Origin: Chloropicon primus
Taxonomy: Eukaryota
Length of the DNA: 64,000 bases
Assembly (NCBI GenBank): GCA_023205875.1
Contig: CP060766.1
Span: forward strand, 310,001 to 374,000
Direction: 5' to 3'
Under the pieces are notes generated by a model, which made no database searches, had not been told where the DNA came from, and worked only from the letters and a program-made list of their open reading frames with translations. How positions within the stretch are numbered: the first letter of the stretch is position 1; the number at the start of each line of letters is the position of its first letter. Of the stretch, positions 21,010 through 32,589 are shown piece after piece. The translations under genes were made by a program, and so were the position numbers.

Positions 21010-21265
21010 TAGAAAGGTAGATAGAGAACGTGGCAATGAAGCTCCACCCTCCACCATCACACCATCACCATCCTCTCCATCCTCTCTCTCCTCCATCTTT
21101 ATCCTCATCAACTCTCTCTCTCTCTCTCTCCCTCCTCCAATGAATGACAAAGGCAATGACAGAGAGAGAAAGGCAGAGAGGTAGAAAGGTAGATAGAGAG
21201 CATGGCAACGAAGCTCCACCCTCCACCCTCACCCCCTCCCCATCAACTCTCTCTCTCTCTCTCCT
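21010..21265. repeat. Imperfect about 172-bp tandem duplication after a (TA)n tract
   Basis: TAGAAAGGTAGATAGAGA...AAGCTCCACCCTCCACC at 21010 and 21182. Confidence 0.8.
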
Positions 21266-21352
21266 CATCCACTGAGATCTCGATCTCGATAAGGCGCCTT
21301 ATCTTTTAATCCAGGAGCTGGTGCCCGTCGAGGAGGGGAAAAAAGGGATGAG

Positions 21353-22145
21353 ATGATGGAGCCTGTTGCGCTGAAGAGAGCCGCGGCAGGTGCGAGGCCG
21401 ACCTGCCTGAGGCATCACCGCCACCACCATCGCAACCACCGCCACGTGACGTGCTCCGCACACCATCGCTCGTCATCGTCATCGTCGTTCATCACCAGAA
21501 GGTTTGCTGGTTTTGCTTTTGGAGGTCTTCTCGGAAGTCTGGCCACGGCATCTCCAGAGAAGGCGGTTGCCCTCGGGCCGGAGAACGTGCAGCTCGACAT
21601 CATCGACTACAAGACGGTGGAGTGCGTCGAAGGGGTGCCGAAGGGCGCTCGCTGCGTCGAGTTCAAAGCCATTGGAAACAACAAATCCAAGAAGCCAAGT
21701 TACAATGGCGAAAGTAAGTGATGGATGGATATGGATTACATCAGCAGCGTGGTATGTCCTTGGCTCTGACACACACACACGCGCGCGCACGTGCTCTCTC
21801 TCTTTCTTCCATCTCTTTCTTCCATCTCTTTCTTCCATCGTTCGTTCGTTTGTCATCAAAGTCTTTGGAAAGATTCGCTACGCCGGCAGCAACGAGTCTG
21901 CCATCTACGGCGACTACGCCGAGGCCACCGACGCGGGCAAGATAGGTGACATCGATGAGATCCCTCCTGGAAAGAATGAGCTCAAGTTCACCCTCCTGCT
22001 TCAGCCAGGTAAAGAGGACGCCAAACTGGAATTCATCAACCCAAAGATAAGAGTTTACCCAGGCATGTCCAAGGACTTTCGCATCATGAAACCCGTGTCC
22101 GATACCATGGACGTCTGTGACCCTGACTACGATCTCTGCGACTGA
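21353..22145 (+). CDS. Putative thylakoid lumen protein (transit peptide plus twin-Arg signal); intron 21714-21861
   Basis: Transit-like N-terminus, then ITRRFAGFAFGG...AVA. Removing GTAAGT..AG joins the exons in frame as YNGE-I-FGKIRY. Confidence 0.75.
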
Positions 22146-22238
22146 GGTCGCGGAGCCAAGCTGCAAGCTCTCAGGAAATGTAATCAAGCGTCGTTTCTTT
22201 TGGGGCTTGTGAATAAATACGAAGGCGACGACGGCGAA

Positions 22239-23114
22239 TCAATCGACCGTGGCCTTCACCCACTGCACGTCCAAGCAGAAGGGCTGGTCCTCGCCGGCGA
22301 CCTTTTCCTCCTTGTCCTCCGGAAGCAGCCCAACGCACGCGAAGCTCATCGAGTACAAGTTTCTGTGATTCATGAGCGTCTGATCGTTCACGACTTTCCC
22401 TTGCCACGTGAGCAGAAACTTGCTGAAAGGCAGAACGATCTCCTCCCACTCGCCCTCCTTGGGCTGGATGTACCCCTGGTAGTTGTCGTCACTGGCAGCT
22501 CCGGGGACGATCCAGTTCTCTGTCCTCAGGCTGACGATGTACTTCCTCCCGTCGCCCCGAACCCTCAGCACGAGGCCGGCGAAAGGTTCGAGGTCAAAAT
22601 TAATGACGGACTGCAACAAACCCTTTTCCGTCTGCATGACCGAGAATGCCGTGCCAAGGCGCACTTCCTCCTCCTCCTTGTCTTGGGCGTCCCCGCCCTC
22701 CTCGCTCGCTGCAGCCTTCTTTGCCTTCAACGCGGCCTCGTGGGCCTCCTCCTCCGGGGTCTTCTGGCGCACGGGAAGGGCAAAGGGAGGGCAAAGGTGT
22801 CCCGAGAACCGAGCAAAGTACCCATCACCCTCGCTGTGAACTTGGACATCAGCCTGAGAGGATCCTCCGATCCCCCCATCGGTTGCGACACGCCAACCAC
22901 GCAAGTCCCTCCCGTCCTCCCTATCGAACTGAAATATCACCTCCTCCGTGTTCGCCACCGTTCCAGGACCTGCCAGGGCCTGATCCATGAACTGATTCAT
23001 CTGCTTGGCCCACCTGCCGAAAGATGAGGTCGAGTACAACCCAAACTGCGAGCGGTGGCCACGAGACCGCAACCCTCTGACCAAACCAACCCCCACCTGC
23101 TGCAACAACAACAT
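22239..23114 (-). CDS. CIA30: CIA30/NDUFAF1-family complex I assembly factor
   Basis: WRVATDGGIGGSS, LRVRGDGRKY and WEEIVLPFSKFLLTWQG motifs; mitochondrial-like N-terminus from ATG 23114. Confidence 0.88.
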   Translation of the reverse strand: MLLLQQVGVGLVRGLRSRGHRSQFGLYSTSSFGRWAKQMNQFMDQALAGPGTVANTEEVIFQFDREDGRDLRGWRVATDGGIGGSSQADVQVHSEGDGYFARFSGHLCPPFALPVRQKTPEEEAHEAALKAKKAAASEEGGDAQDKEEEEVRLGTAFSVMQTEKGLLQSVINFDLEPFAGLVLRVRGDGRKYIVSLRTENWIVPGAASDDNYQGYIQPKEGEWEEIVLPFSKFLLTWQGKVVNDQTLMNHRNLYSMSFACVGLLPEDKEEKVAGEDQPFCLDVQWVKATVD

Positions 23115-23930
23115 GGTGAGGTCCAATCCAATCCAATCCAATCCCTCTGCTCCCTCTGGTCCTTCTGGCCACCAACAATCAAAAACCTCCCGATGCCGAT
23201 GAAAGGAACCAATCCAATCCAATTGGGAACCAACCTCTCCGCAGCCGATGAACCTCCTCTCTTCCAAAGTCCCCTCACTGCCAATGAATGCAGTGGACTC
23301 CTCCTCGATTGCGATGCCTTCCTCTGTCTCTCAAGCCTTCACCTCGGCTTCCACGTCAAGTGCCGTGGCTCGATGGAAAGAGGATGAGATGGCGGAGCAG
23401 CTTGTTCGGTCCTCTTCCGTCCTCCTCCTCCTCCTCGTCCTCCACTTTGCGTTCGAAACCTTCGCCTCTTCGCACCTCTCGCTCGACTGCCTCGCCAACA
23501 ATTCTTGCCTCCTCCAGAGAGAGAGAGAGGTGAAGCGCGGTTGTTTGGCGACGGCGAAGAGGCGCAGGGGCGACGAGGGGGCTGGTGTCCACGAGACCAT
23601 CGGAAGGATCTTCTCGCGGGCTTCCTAACGATACCTTGATTGACGCATTTGGTCCACGGAGCGGTCGAGAGAGAGGGAGAGAGGACGACGGCGTCGGCAT
23701 CGAGGACGGCGAAACAGGTGAGGGAAAGGGGTGAAGCAGAGGGTGTGTGTGGAGGTTAGGACTCAGGAAGGTGGTGACCAGGAATCGGGTCTCGCGATCT
23801 CACGATCTTTCCATCGACGCCTCTATTGACCTCCAGCGCGGCTGGGAAGAGTTGGAGAGAAGCTCGGTGAGGTTTGCTCGAACTTGTTGGGGATCGGGGA
23901 GTGAGGAGGCGAAGAGCTACGACGAGGGCC

Positions 23931-25157
23931 ATGACAGTGTCTTCTGAGAGGAGGCTTGTGATAGACAACGGCTCGTACTATTGCAGAGCAGGGTTTAACG
24001 ACGCGAGTGATCCCACGAGTTCTGTGAGGGCTCTCGTCTTGCGTCCTCGGAGGCGAGAGGATGGCCAGCTCTTCTCGCTGGTGGGGGACGTTCCCCCCTG
24101 TCTGCTAGTGGGGACGGATGCCGCAAGGGCACCAGTCAAGTCCCCTTTCGAGTCCAACGTCGTGATCAACTTTGAGGTCCAGGAGACTATCTTTGACTTC
24201 GTGCTCTCGAGAGTCCAGGGCCTGGGGAAGGGCAACGAGGCAGGTGCCCTGGAGCACGAGGTGGTCCTCACGGAATGCGTGCTGAACCCCCAAGCGAGCA
24301 GGCAAGCCATGGCGGAGCTGATGTTCGAGACGTATGGCTGCCCGGGGCTTCACCTTGGCCCCGATGCCACCTTTGCTTACGCGCACAACCGGTTGGTCGA
24401 TGGGGGCAACGTCAAGAGTCACGGGTTGGTGGTGGGGATGGGGCACTCCGCCACGAATTTCGTTCCCATCGTAGACGACGTGCCGGACTTTGACCGGGCT
24501 CTGAGAATGAACCTGAGTGGCATGGGGATGACCACGCAGCTGCAGAGGTGCTTAGAAGTGAAGTACGGCAAGTCTCTCAATGGCAAGGACCACCCGCTCT
24601 CGGGGTTCAACCTCGTCGAGAAGATCAAAGCCCAGATCTGTCTGGTGGCGCTGGACTATCGAGAGGAGCTGAAAAAAATTGGTCGAAGCCTCGGCAAAGG
24701 CACGGAAGCGCTGGGCAGCTTTGAGTGCCCGGACGCGACCGGCGTTCTGCCTGCCCTGGACTTGAACACGGCGGTGGAGAGGATCCAGATACCAGAAATA
24801 TATTTCCAGCCCTCGATCGCTGGCATCGATCAGATGAATATCACGGACACCGTGGAGGCGGTGTGCAGCAATGGGATGAGGGGGGGTTGGTCCTCCGAGC
24901 TCCTGGAATCCGTGCTGATCACGGGCGGAGGCTCCAAGTTCAAGGGGATGGCTCCGAGGTTACAGAGGGAGCTCAAGTCTAGGTGCAAGGTCGGGACGAC
25001 GTTGAACGTCCTGACCGGGAAGGACGCGAGCTTGGACGCATGGAGGGGAGCGGCGGCGTACTCAAGCGGTTTGCTCAGCAAGGGAGGCGGCTACGCGACT
25101 TTCGTGGACAAGAAGGGCTACGAGGAGATGGGCGCAAACAGGGTGTTTCTGTATTAA
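23931..25157 (+). CDS. ARP5: Actin-related protein 5 (INO80 subunit), short form
   Basis: VIDNGSYYCRAG, KSPFESNVVINFEVQETIFD, MAELMFETYG, ERIQIPEIYFQPS, LDAWRGA. Confidence 0.85.
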   Translation: MTVSSERRLVIDNGSYYCRAGFNDASDPTSSVRALVLRPRRREDGQLFSLVGDVPPCLLVGTDAARAPVKSPFESNVVINFEVQETIFDFVLSRVQGLGKGNEAGALEHEVVLTECVLNPQASRQAMAELMFETYGCPGLHLGPDATFAYAHNRLVDGGNVKSHGLVVGMGHSATNFVPIVDDVPDFDRALRMNLSGMGMTTQLQRCLEVKYGKSLNGKDHPLSGFNLVEKIKAQICLVALDYREELKKIGRSLGKGTEALGSFECPDATGVLPALDLNTAVERIQIPEIYFQPSIAGIDQMNITDTVEAVCSNGMRGGWSSELLESVLITGGGSKFKGMAPRLQRELKSRCKVGTTLNVLTGKDASLDAWRGAAAYSSGLLSKGGGYATFVDKKGYEEMGANRVFLY

Positions 25158-28100
25158 TTCTGAAGTAACAATTGAAAGGCATGCGTCAGCCTGACAAATA
25201 TTTCTTGAGCTTGGGGCGAGGAATTTTTGTCGGGGTGGTATTTGAGTGCCATCTTCTTGTACGCTCTGCTTATCTGGTTGGAGCTCGCACTTGTGGACAC
25301 GCCCAGAAGCCTGCGGGCGCTTCTCTTGGCCTCGCTTTGGCCGTCGTACGTTCGCCGCGGCACCGATCGGAACCTGGGAGCGCTCCTCGCCTGCTGGGCG
25401 CTCTCTCTCTCCCTCTTCCTCTTTTGCTCGTCCACCCAATCGGCATCCACGGGGTGCTCGCTTGACGGGTGGCCGCACAAGCTGCAGTAAAGCATGATCT
25501 CTGGGTTCAACGCATCGGATTCCCTATATATGACTTTGAATCCAGGGCAGTCGCTGTTCTTCAAGCACCTGCCTCTCCTCACCTGAGTGATGAAGTCCAG
25601 CGATGTTTCTCTGATGTACTCCCCGTTGGCGTCAGCCTCCTTCTGCCTCAGCACCGCCTCTTTCACCCTCTTCTGGCATTCGTTCTCCCTCTCTCTCATT
25701 TCGCTCTCCTTGGACTTCAGGATGTCTTCCTGCTTCCTCTTCACTATCGCATCAATTCTCAACCTCTTCGCAAACTCCTCTTCCGTCTCGTGCAATTCGC
25801 AGGCGTAGCCACACGTCGCACAAAACTTTCCGGCCGGGAAGGTGTTCCACTTCAATGCAAACTCCATCAGATCGCTGTCCTTTTCCTTCACCGCCCTCTC
25901 AAAGAGCCTCTGGGGGGTCTGGCAGCCCTGGAACGACGGTTTGAAGCTTTCGCATGCGCGTTCACCCCCTTCCTCGCAAATTTTACACGCTCCTCTCACA
26001 ACGCCAAACCAGTCCCTCTGCAGGGATCTTTGGCTCACTGTCTTCATGTTCTGGGCGATGTTCGTGATGTCTAACACGGCATCTCTATCGCTTGCAAGCC
26101 CGCGCAAAGGCTTTGCTGTCTCGTGCAAGGGTCTCTTCTCCCTGCTGGGTGGCTTTACGACATCCCGATGGGAGTCGCAGAATTCTTTGACGCGACTCCA
26201 CTCCTCTTGGAGGTCAAACCACCTTTGCTCATCCCCCCCACCCTCCCCTTGGTCTTCCTCCTCCTCTTTCTCATCAGCCAAAGCATTCCAAACATCCTCG
26301 AACACCTGGCATGCATCGTCCTTTGCGTTCTGGTCATAGTATGCCACGTCGTCTTCTCCGAACAAAGGGGAAGATGGAGCTCTGGGGGGCCCACCGTTCC
26401 CTTCAACATTCTCTTTTGCTGCTGAAAGTGCCCGGATCGCTGCTTCTTGAGGGTCATGCTCGCCCGTGGCCATCAGCTTCTCGTACTCCACTTCAACGCA
26501 CTTTTGGAATTCTTCCTTCAAGTCTTCTGGCGGCCCACGGATCCCTTCGCCTTCCCCGTTGTGAGCAACGTGACTTGTGCTACTGCTTGCTTTTGCACCA
26601 GTCGCCTCGTGGCCCAGCCCCTGAAACATAGTCAGCAAGTTATCTGCACTCACTTTGACATGAGTCTCCTCATCCTTCACACTGGAGTTGCGAGAAGTGC
26701 GACCTTCTGGGGGAGCCTCGCTGTCAAGACGCTCAGGCTCCACCTGCACGGTGATTGGCGCCTCGGTATCTTCCTCCTCAGCGCCAGACTCCTTTGAACT
26801 GCAAGCGTTTTCTTCTGGGGTCGACATGTCGCTGCTGCTCTCCGCGCGGACACTAACAAAGTCGTCCGAGAAATGTTCGCTCGAGGTGCAGTCCGGTTCA
26901 CCGTCCGTATCGGCGTCATCGAAATCGATATCAGCAAATTTTGGAGCATCTGTCTCTATTTTGCTCGAAATCAGACTCTTTTCCGCTCTCTCCGCTCTCT
27001 CTTCTGCATCCAACCGTGCTGCTTTCTCCTTCTTGTACCTCCTCTCCATTTCCTTTGCCTTCTGCGAAAGATCGGAGCCCTTGTCCATTTGAGCCTCGAG
27101 GATCTCAAGTTGCTTGGCCATTGTCGATCCCTCTCTGGCGAGCCTCGCATTGTCTTGAGCAAGGCCAGCCTTCTCCTTCAAGACCGCCTCCATCTGCTCG
27201 CGGAGGAAGCTCAGGTCCTCCTCAGCAGCGACTTCTGCGACCTGGCGAAGCGTCCGCTCTTTCACCAACTTCTCCTGCAAGAGGTTGATGTCAATGTCCA
27301 ACTGTTCCAGTGAGCTGGATTTGCTGTGCGAACCCCCCACAACCTGCCTCACGTCAATGCCAGCTCTTCTTTCGTGCCCACCAACTTTCCGCTGGCTTTC
27401 CTCCACCTTCTTCTCTATCCCCTCAACGCGCTGAAGCACGTTTGACATGGTCTCAGATTGTTTCTGCAGCCGGGCGTCGCACGCTTTTACGAGATTCATG
27501 AGCTGGCCGAGCGAGGCTTGTATCCCACACATTTGCTCGGCTGTTGCACCCCCTTGCCCCGGCTTGTCAACGTGATCTCCAGGTCTTGCACTTTCCTCCT
27601 TCGAGTTCCCGGATTCTGGTGCCTCGGGGCTCGCCCTCGACGCTTTCATCTGCATCAGCAGCTTCCTGACGTCTTTATCACTTGGATCCAAGAGCAGGCA
27701 ATGCTCGTAAGCGAAAATGGCCTCGTCCATCTTCCCCGTGTGGTACAACGCATAGCCCTTCCTGCTCCAGGCCTTTGGCCAATTCGGGGCCAGCCGAATC
27801 GCATTGATCGCATCCGCAAGCGCCTCCTTGTACATGCTCCTCCTTGCGTAAGCCGCACTCCTGTTGCTGAATACCTTGCAGTCCCTCGGGTCCTTCTTCG
27901 CGGCCTCTGTGTAACATTCGATAGCTCGTGTGAAGTCTCCACCTCTCATGTGGTCGTCGCCCATCTTCTTCGGATTTCTCCTGGGTTGGGCCGCGGCCGT
28001 CGCCAGGCCCTTTCTTGCAGATGCCAAGCCCTGAGCGTACTTTTCGTTGTCGGGCTCAAGCTTCAAACACACTTGGTATTCACGTGCTGCTTTGTCAAAC

Positions 28101-28636
28101 TGCTTCAGCTGGTAGTGAGCAAGAGCCTTCCTCGCCCTGCCTTTCGCCCATTCTGGAGAAATTTCTACAGCTCGGGCAGCGTCGTGGAGCGCCTGGTCGT
28201 ACATCCCCTTGGCAAGGTAAGCAGCCGCCCTGTTCGACCACAGAGTCGCGTCGTGTGGCTTGTGAGCTATGCCCCTCGAGTACGACAGAACCGCTTCGTC
28301 GTAATTCCCCAAATCAAAGCTGTCGTTCCCGGTCTCTTTCTCGTTCATCGCACTGTCCACGGCATGGTCCTCGCACTTGTGCCCGCAAACGCTGCAGTTC
28401 GTGATGGTCACGTCGTTGTGCGGGTGAAGCCGCTTACCGTACTCCTCCGGCTGGACCGTGTACTCGCAAGTCTTCTTCACGTACTGCCTGCACTCACAGC
28501 CGGGCACCGTGCACCAGCACCGCACCACCCCGAAAAGATCTCTGCTCGTCTCCTCGTCCTCCAAATGCTTCGCTCGCGGAGCCCTGGCCGCCCCAAGGTC
28601 CTTTGCGCCCAAGCCACGAGGCCTGTTTCTCTCCAT
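25154..28636 (-). CDS. TPR + coiled-coil + Cys/His-repeat + C-terminal J-domain co-chaperone (1160 aa)
   Basis: Two STI1/HOP-like TPR triplets (SNRAAAY, WAKGRAR; SNRSAAY, WPKAWSR); C-terminal J domain AYKKMALKYHPDKN. Confidence 0.9.
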   Translation of the reverse strand: MERNRPRGLGAKDLGAARAPRAKHLEDEETSRDLFGVVRCWCTVPGCECRQYVKKTCEYTVQPEEYGKRLHPHNDVTITNCSVCGHKCEDHAVDSAMNEKETGNDSFDLGNYDEAVLSYSRGIAHKPHDATLWSNRAAAYLAKGMYDQALHDAARAVEISPEWAKGRARKALAHYQLKQFDKAAREYQVCLKLEPDNEKYAQGLASARKGLATAAAQPRRNPKKMGDDHMRGGDFTRAIECYTEAAKKDPRDCKVFSNRSAAYARRSMYKEALADAINAIRLAPNWPKAWSRKGYALYHTGKMDEAIFAYEHCLLLDPSDKDVRKLLMQMKASRASPEAPESGNSKEESARPGDHVDKPGQGGATAEQMCGIQASLGQLMNLVKACDARLQKQSETMSNVLQRVEGIEKKVEESQRKVGGHERRAGIDVRQVVGGSHSKSSSLEQLDIDINLLQEKLVKERTLRQVAEVAAEEDLSFLREQMEAVLKEKAGLAQDNARLAREGSTMAKQLEILEAQMDKGSDLSQKAKEMERRYKKEKAARLDAEERAERAEKSLISSKIETDAPKFADIDFDDADTDGEPDCTSSEHFSDDFVSVRAESSSDMSTPEENACSSKESGAEEEDTEAPITVQVEPERLDSEAPPEGRTSRNSSVKDEETHVKVSADNLLTMFQGLGHEATGAKASSSTSHVAHNGEGEGIRGPPEDLKEEFQKCVEVEYEKLMATGEHDPQEAAIRALSAAKENVEGNGGPPRAPSSPLFGEDDVAYYDQNAKDDACQVFEDVWNALADEKEEEEDQGEGGGDEQRWFDLQEEWSRVKEFCDSHRDVVKPPSREKRPLHETAKPLRGLASDRDAVLDITNIAQNMKTVSQRSLQRDWFGVVRGACKICEEGGERACESFKPSFQGCQTPQRLFERAVKEKDSDLMEFALKWNTFPAGKFCATCGYACELHETEEEFAKRLRIDAIVKRKQEDILKSKESEMRERENECQKRVKEAVLRQKEADANGEYIRETSLDFITQVRRGRCLKNSDCPGFKVIYRESDALNPEIMLYCSLCGHPSSEHPVDADWVDEQKRKRERESAQQARSAPRFRSVPRRTYDGQSEAKRSARRLLGVSTSASSNQISRAYKKMALKYHPDKNSSPQAQEIFVRLTHAFQLLLQN

Positions 28637-28929
28637 TGCGAAACGAGGAGGCCAACGTCGAGAAGCGAGACACGCCCGAGCCGAACTCGACGACGACGAT
28701 GACGACGATGACGCGCGCGGGCGGCGGGTCTCAAGGCACCTCCACCGTCTTCGCCGAGCAGCAGTCCCTCACGCACAAAAGAGTGGGTGCGGGAACGCAA
28801 AAGTGGTTGGGACTGAACCTTTCCTCACCCTCCTCTCGTGGGCCTTGTGCTCGAGGCAGACCCAGGCAGGCCCCCTCTCCTCCGTCGCTGTCGTCCCTCC
28901 ACCACCCGTTCGCCACCGACGCGAAGACG

Positions 28930-29345
28930 GTCGAGTGAGGGCTCTTTCGAAAGATCTCGAGACGCTCTATCGATATCTCACCTCCTCCGCTTCTCCCTTC
29001 ACGTCCGTCTCCCTCGTCCTCAACAAATCCTCCCCCTCTCCTCCCTCTCGCGTTGTCTCAAGAACACTTGTCCCTCATGCAACAACTCCCGACCACTCCG
29101 GACGCCACACCGGTCGGGTGAGGGCTCTTTCGAAAGATCTCGAGACGCTCTATCGATATCTCACCTCCTCCGCTTCTCCCTTCACGTCCGTCTCCCTCGT
29201 CCTCAACAAATCCTCCCCCTCTCCTCCCTCTCGCGTTGTCTCAAGAACACTTGTCCCTCATGCAACAAGTCCCGACCACTCCGGACGCCACACCGGTCGA
29301 GTGAGGGCTCTTTCGAAAGATCTCGAGACGCTCTATCGATCGATC
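28930..29345. repeat. 183-bp tandem repeat, about 2.3 copies, in a divergent promoter
   Basis: GAGGGCTCTTTCGAAAGATCTCGAGACG at 28937, 29120 and 29303. Confidence 0.95.
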
Positions 29346-29692
29346 ACCTCCTCCTCTTCTCTTCCCCTCGCCCCCTTCGTCCCGCAAAAGCAAACGATCA
29401 ACCTTGAGCGTTACTGCGATCCATCCTTTGAGCGTTTTGAAATCGATCGATCGATCGGAGACGCCAGCCATTTTTTTGGCTGGCGAGGGGGAGGATCAAG
29501 TCGAGGCGAAGTCCAAGGGGTTTCGACGAAAAGTTTGGCACAACAAGGGGACGGGAAGTGGTCGAGCGCGGGGTCAAACGAAAGAGCATCTTGTGAGCTT
29601 TCCATTGGTACCTTGGTTGAAGGATTTGGGTTTCGTTTTGATCTATTCTTTTTGGTGGGAAGGATCGAGGACGGGAAAGGATCGAGGACAGG

Positions 29693-31016
29693 ATGGAGGC
29701 GAACAAAGCAGAGGCCGCCAAGTGCCTGAACATCGCGAGGAAGTCTCTCCGGGAGGAGAACATCGACAAGGCGACGAGGTTCGCGGACAAGGCGAAGCGT
29801 CTCGGCGGCGAGGCCGTGGAGGATCAAGTCGCGCAACTTGTTCGAGAGATCCAAGCGGCCAAGCAGGGTGGTTCCAAGAGGTCCAACGCTTCGAACGGTT
29901 CGGGATCCAAGCCGAGCGGAGCGAGTGCCGGGACGAGGTCGAGGACGAGCGGAAGAGCGTCGTCCTCGAGGGAAGAGGTGGACGAGGTGAGTGTCGCGGA
30001 AGGAGAGTCTCGTCGGAGCTCGGCGCCGCCGTGACCTTTGGATCACTCGTCTAGTGACTGACTTTTGGAGTTTTCTCGTTTTTGTTTCTCGTCTCGTGCT
30101 TGCAGGGAACGCCTGAGCAGAGGGCTCTCGTCAAGCGAATCAACGGGTGCGAGGATTATTACGCGATCTTGGGCATCAGCGACAAGAGTTGCAGCGAGGA
30201 CACCATCAAGCGCAGTTACAAGAAGCTGGCTTTGAAGTTGCACCCGGACAAGTGCAAAGTGCGGGGGGCGGAGGACGCTTTCAAGGCGGTGTCTCGAGCG
30301 TTTTCTTGCCTCTCGGATCCCCAGAAGAGGAGCTCCTATGACCGCTTCGGGTCGGAGCAGCCAGGTACGTTCTCGGCTTCTCACTTGTCCTCTCGACTCT
30401 TCCGCAGGAAGGAGCTTTGCTGACACACACGCGCGCGCGCGCACGCACTCTCTTTCGCCCAGGCTTTGGAGGAGGAGGAGGTGGCGGTGCCCCCTCGGGA
30501 TTTTACCGTCACAACGCGCAGGAGATCGACCCCGAGGAGCTGTTCAACATGTTCTTCGGAGGGAGTCCCGTGTTTGGGCACACGAGGTTTCACACCACGA
30601 GGCGAGGTTTCAACACCAGGAGGTCTGGCGGCCAAGGAGGCCCCCAAGAGCAGGGCTTCAACCTGGCCGCCATCATCCAGTTGCTTCCCGTGCTCTTCCT
30701 TGTGCTCTTCACGTTGATCGGTAACTCCCCCTCCGAGCCCGTCTACAGCCTTCAAATGCAAGGCAAGTACAACGCCAGGGAGACGACAGCGATGAGGGGA
30801 ATCGATTATTACGTCAAGTCGCACTCGAAGTTCGACAGGGAGTACCCCAAGGGCACGTACGCCAGGCGGAGGGTCGACGTCGCGGTGGAAAAGGACTACA
30901 GACAATTCCTCGAGAACGAGTGCTGGAGAGAAAGGCTGAGGTACCGGGGCAACTCTGGGGGAAAGAAAGAAGTCCACTTAAAGTCTTGCATGAAGCTCTC
31001 AGAGATCTGGGGGTGA
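29693..31016 (+). CDS. DnaJ protein, DNAJB12/B14-like (J domain, TM, DUF1977); introns 29987-30105 and 30365-30462
   Basis: MEANKAEAAKC N-terminus, YKKLALKLHPDK, IDPEELFNMFFGG, IIQLLPVL TM. Both GT-AG introns restore the frame. Confidence 0.92.
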
Positions 31017-31531
31017 ATCCTGCCAGCCTCCTCGCCCGCACACACACACACAAACAAACAAACAAGCAAGCAAACAAGGGCGTGTGCAGCAAGTGCGTGC
31101 GAGCGACGCTCGAGACTCAACTCCCGGGGAGATATTATTAATAACCACTGCTCGAGAGGGTACGTCTTGATACATCAATATCAATATCGACATCATTCTT
31201 TTTTGTTTTGTTTTTGTGTTTGTGTTTGTGGGGCTTGGATTCGTTTGCCTCTCCCTCTCGGATCAAAACCAAAGCAAGGCCTCCTCCTCCTCCCTTCCCT
31301 CATTCCCATCTTTGGCATCGCGAAGGAGAAAGGAGAAGAACGAGGTAATGTGGCGAAGAGTGGGGAGCGTGGCGTGGAGGAAGGGACAGGGGAAGGGTGA
31401 CAGGTCGAAGAATCGTCTCGTCCTCTTTCCGCAGACCCCTCGGTCGAAGGAAATGACAAAGTACTGAAGATTTGTCTTACTTTTTGTTTCATGGATGGGT
31501 GCACCCAGCTCAGAGAGAGAGAGGAAGGAGG

Positions 31532-32589
31532 ATGGGGTCGGACAACAAGCCCGGCGAAGGCAATGGCCGGCAGATGACCGAGTCCCGTCAAGCGGAGGCC
31601 AGGTCGAGCGGCGGAGGCGAGTCGGTGGTCGCAGCGACGAGAAGGATTGTGAAGACACACCCGAAAAAGGTCACTACTTTGGTCCTGTGGGCCTTGGGAA
31701 TCTTTTGCATGCTCTTTGCTCCTGCTCCCATGAAGATCACTCCAGAGATGCAAATGAGGTACGTCGCACACACAAGACCCTCTGCCCTCGCGTTTTTCTC
31801 GTGGCCTCTGTGCCTCTTCATCACATCGCATCTGACTAATCCTTGTGTGCCTCATCTCATGATCATCACCGTCACCATCATCACCAAACTCGTCGCTCTC
31901 ACAGGTATCAGCAAAAGATGGACAAGGTGATGGACCTCTCCGCGGATTTCACGAGGACGACCAAGGAGCTCGACAAGTTCTACGCTGAGCTGAATGCCGC
32001 GAAGAGTTTTGGTTGGTACTTTAGGAGCGCGGACCGGAAAGCCGTGAACGAGATCAAGGACAGGATGGCTCCCATAGAGACGGAGTACAAGCAGCTCGAG
32101 AAGAGGAGGGACACGCTGGAGAGCGAGGCCAGGGGGGAGCTTGGCTTGTGGTCGGAGGCTGGCATCCAGGAGGCGAGGGATGTGTTCTGGTCGACTTACA
32201 AGAGAGGGAGGCGGTCTGCTCAGGCCGGCATTGTTTGGGACCTGGTGTGGGAGCTCTTCCGCAGCGACAACTACGAAGACTCCGTCAACTTTTTGTTCAG
32301 GATCATCTGGATCGTGGTCTCGAACTTTGTCATGTTTCTCATCACTTCGAGCATCGTGTTCCTGTTCAAAGTGGTCTGGGTCATCCGCTCTTTCAAGCCG
32401 AGCCTGATTTCGGGCATCTTCTTCTACCTCGTCGCGACGCTTGCTGCGTTGAGCACCGTCGGGGCGATGATTTCCCTCCTCGTCGGGGCCGGGGTAGGGT
32501 CCGCTGCAATCGTGGCCAAGAACGCGCGGTACCTTCCGCAGTCGAACAGAAGGAGGTACGTGAGGCACCAGCGGACGCACCAGGAATAA
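31532..32589 (+). CDS. Conserved-looking multi-pass membrane protein with coiled coil; intron 31759-31904
   Basis: ATG 31532; the GT..CAG intron with a CTGACTAAT branch joins QMR-YQQKM in frame; one N-terminal and about three C-terminal TM segments. Confidence 0.8.

Noticed and set aside
20985..21010. (TA)n and numerous (GA)n/(CA)n microsatellites
   Set aside because: Ordinary simple repeats with no further structure.
28458..29729. 423-aa ORF across the 183-bp repeat
   Set aside because: It spans a divergent promoter and overlaps both flanking gene starts; a repeat artefact.
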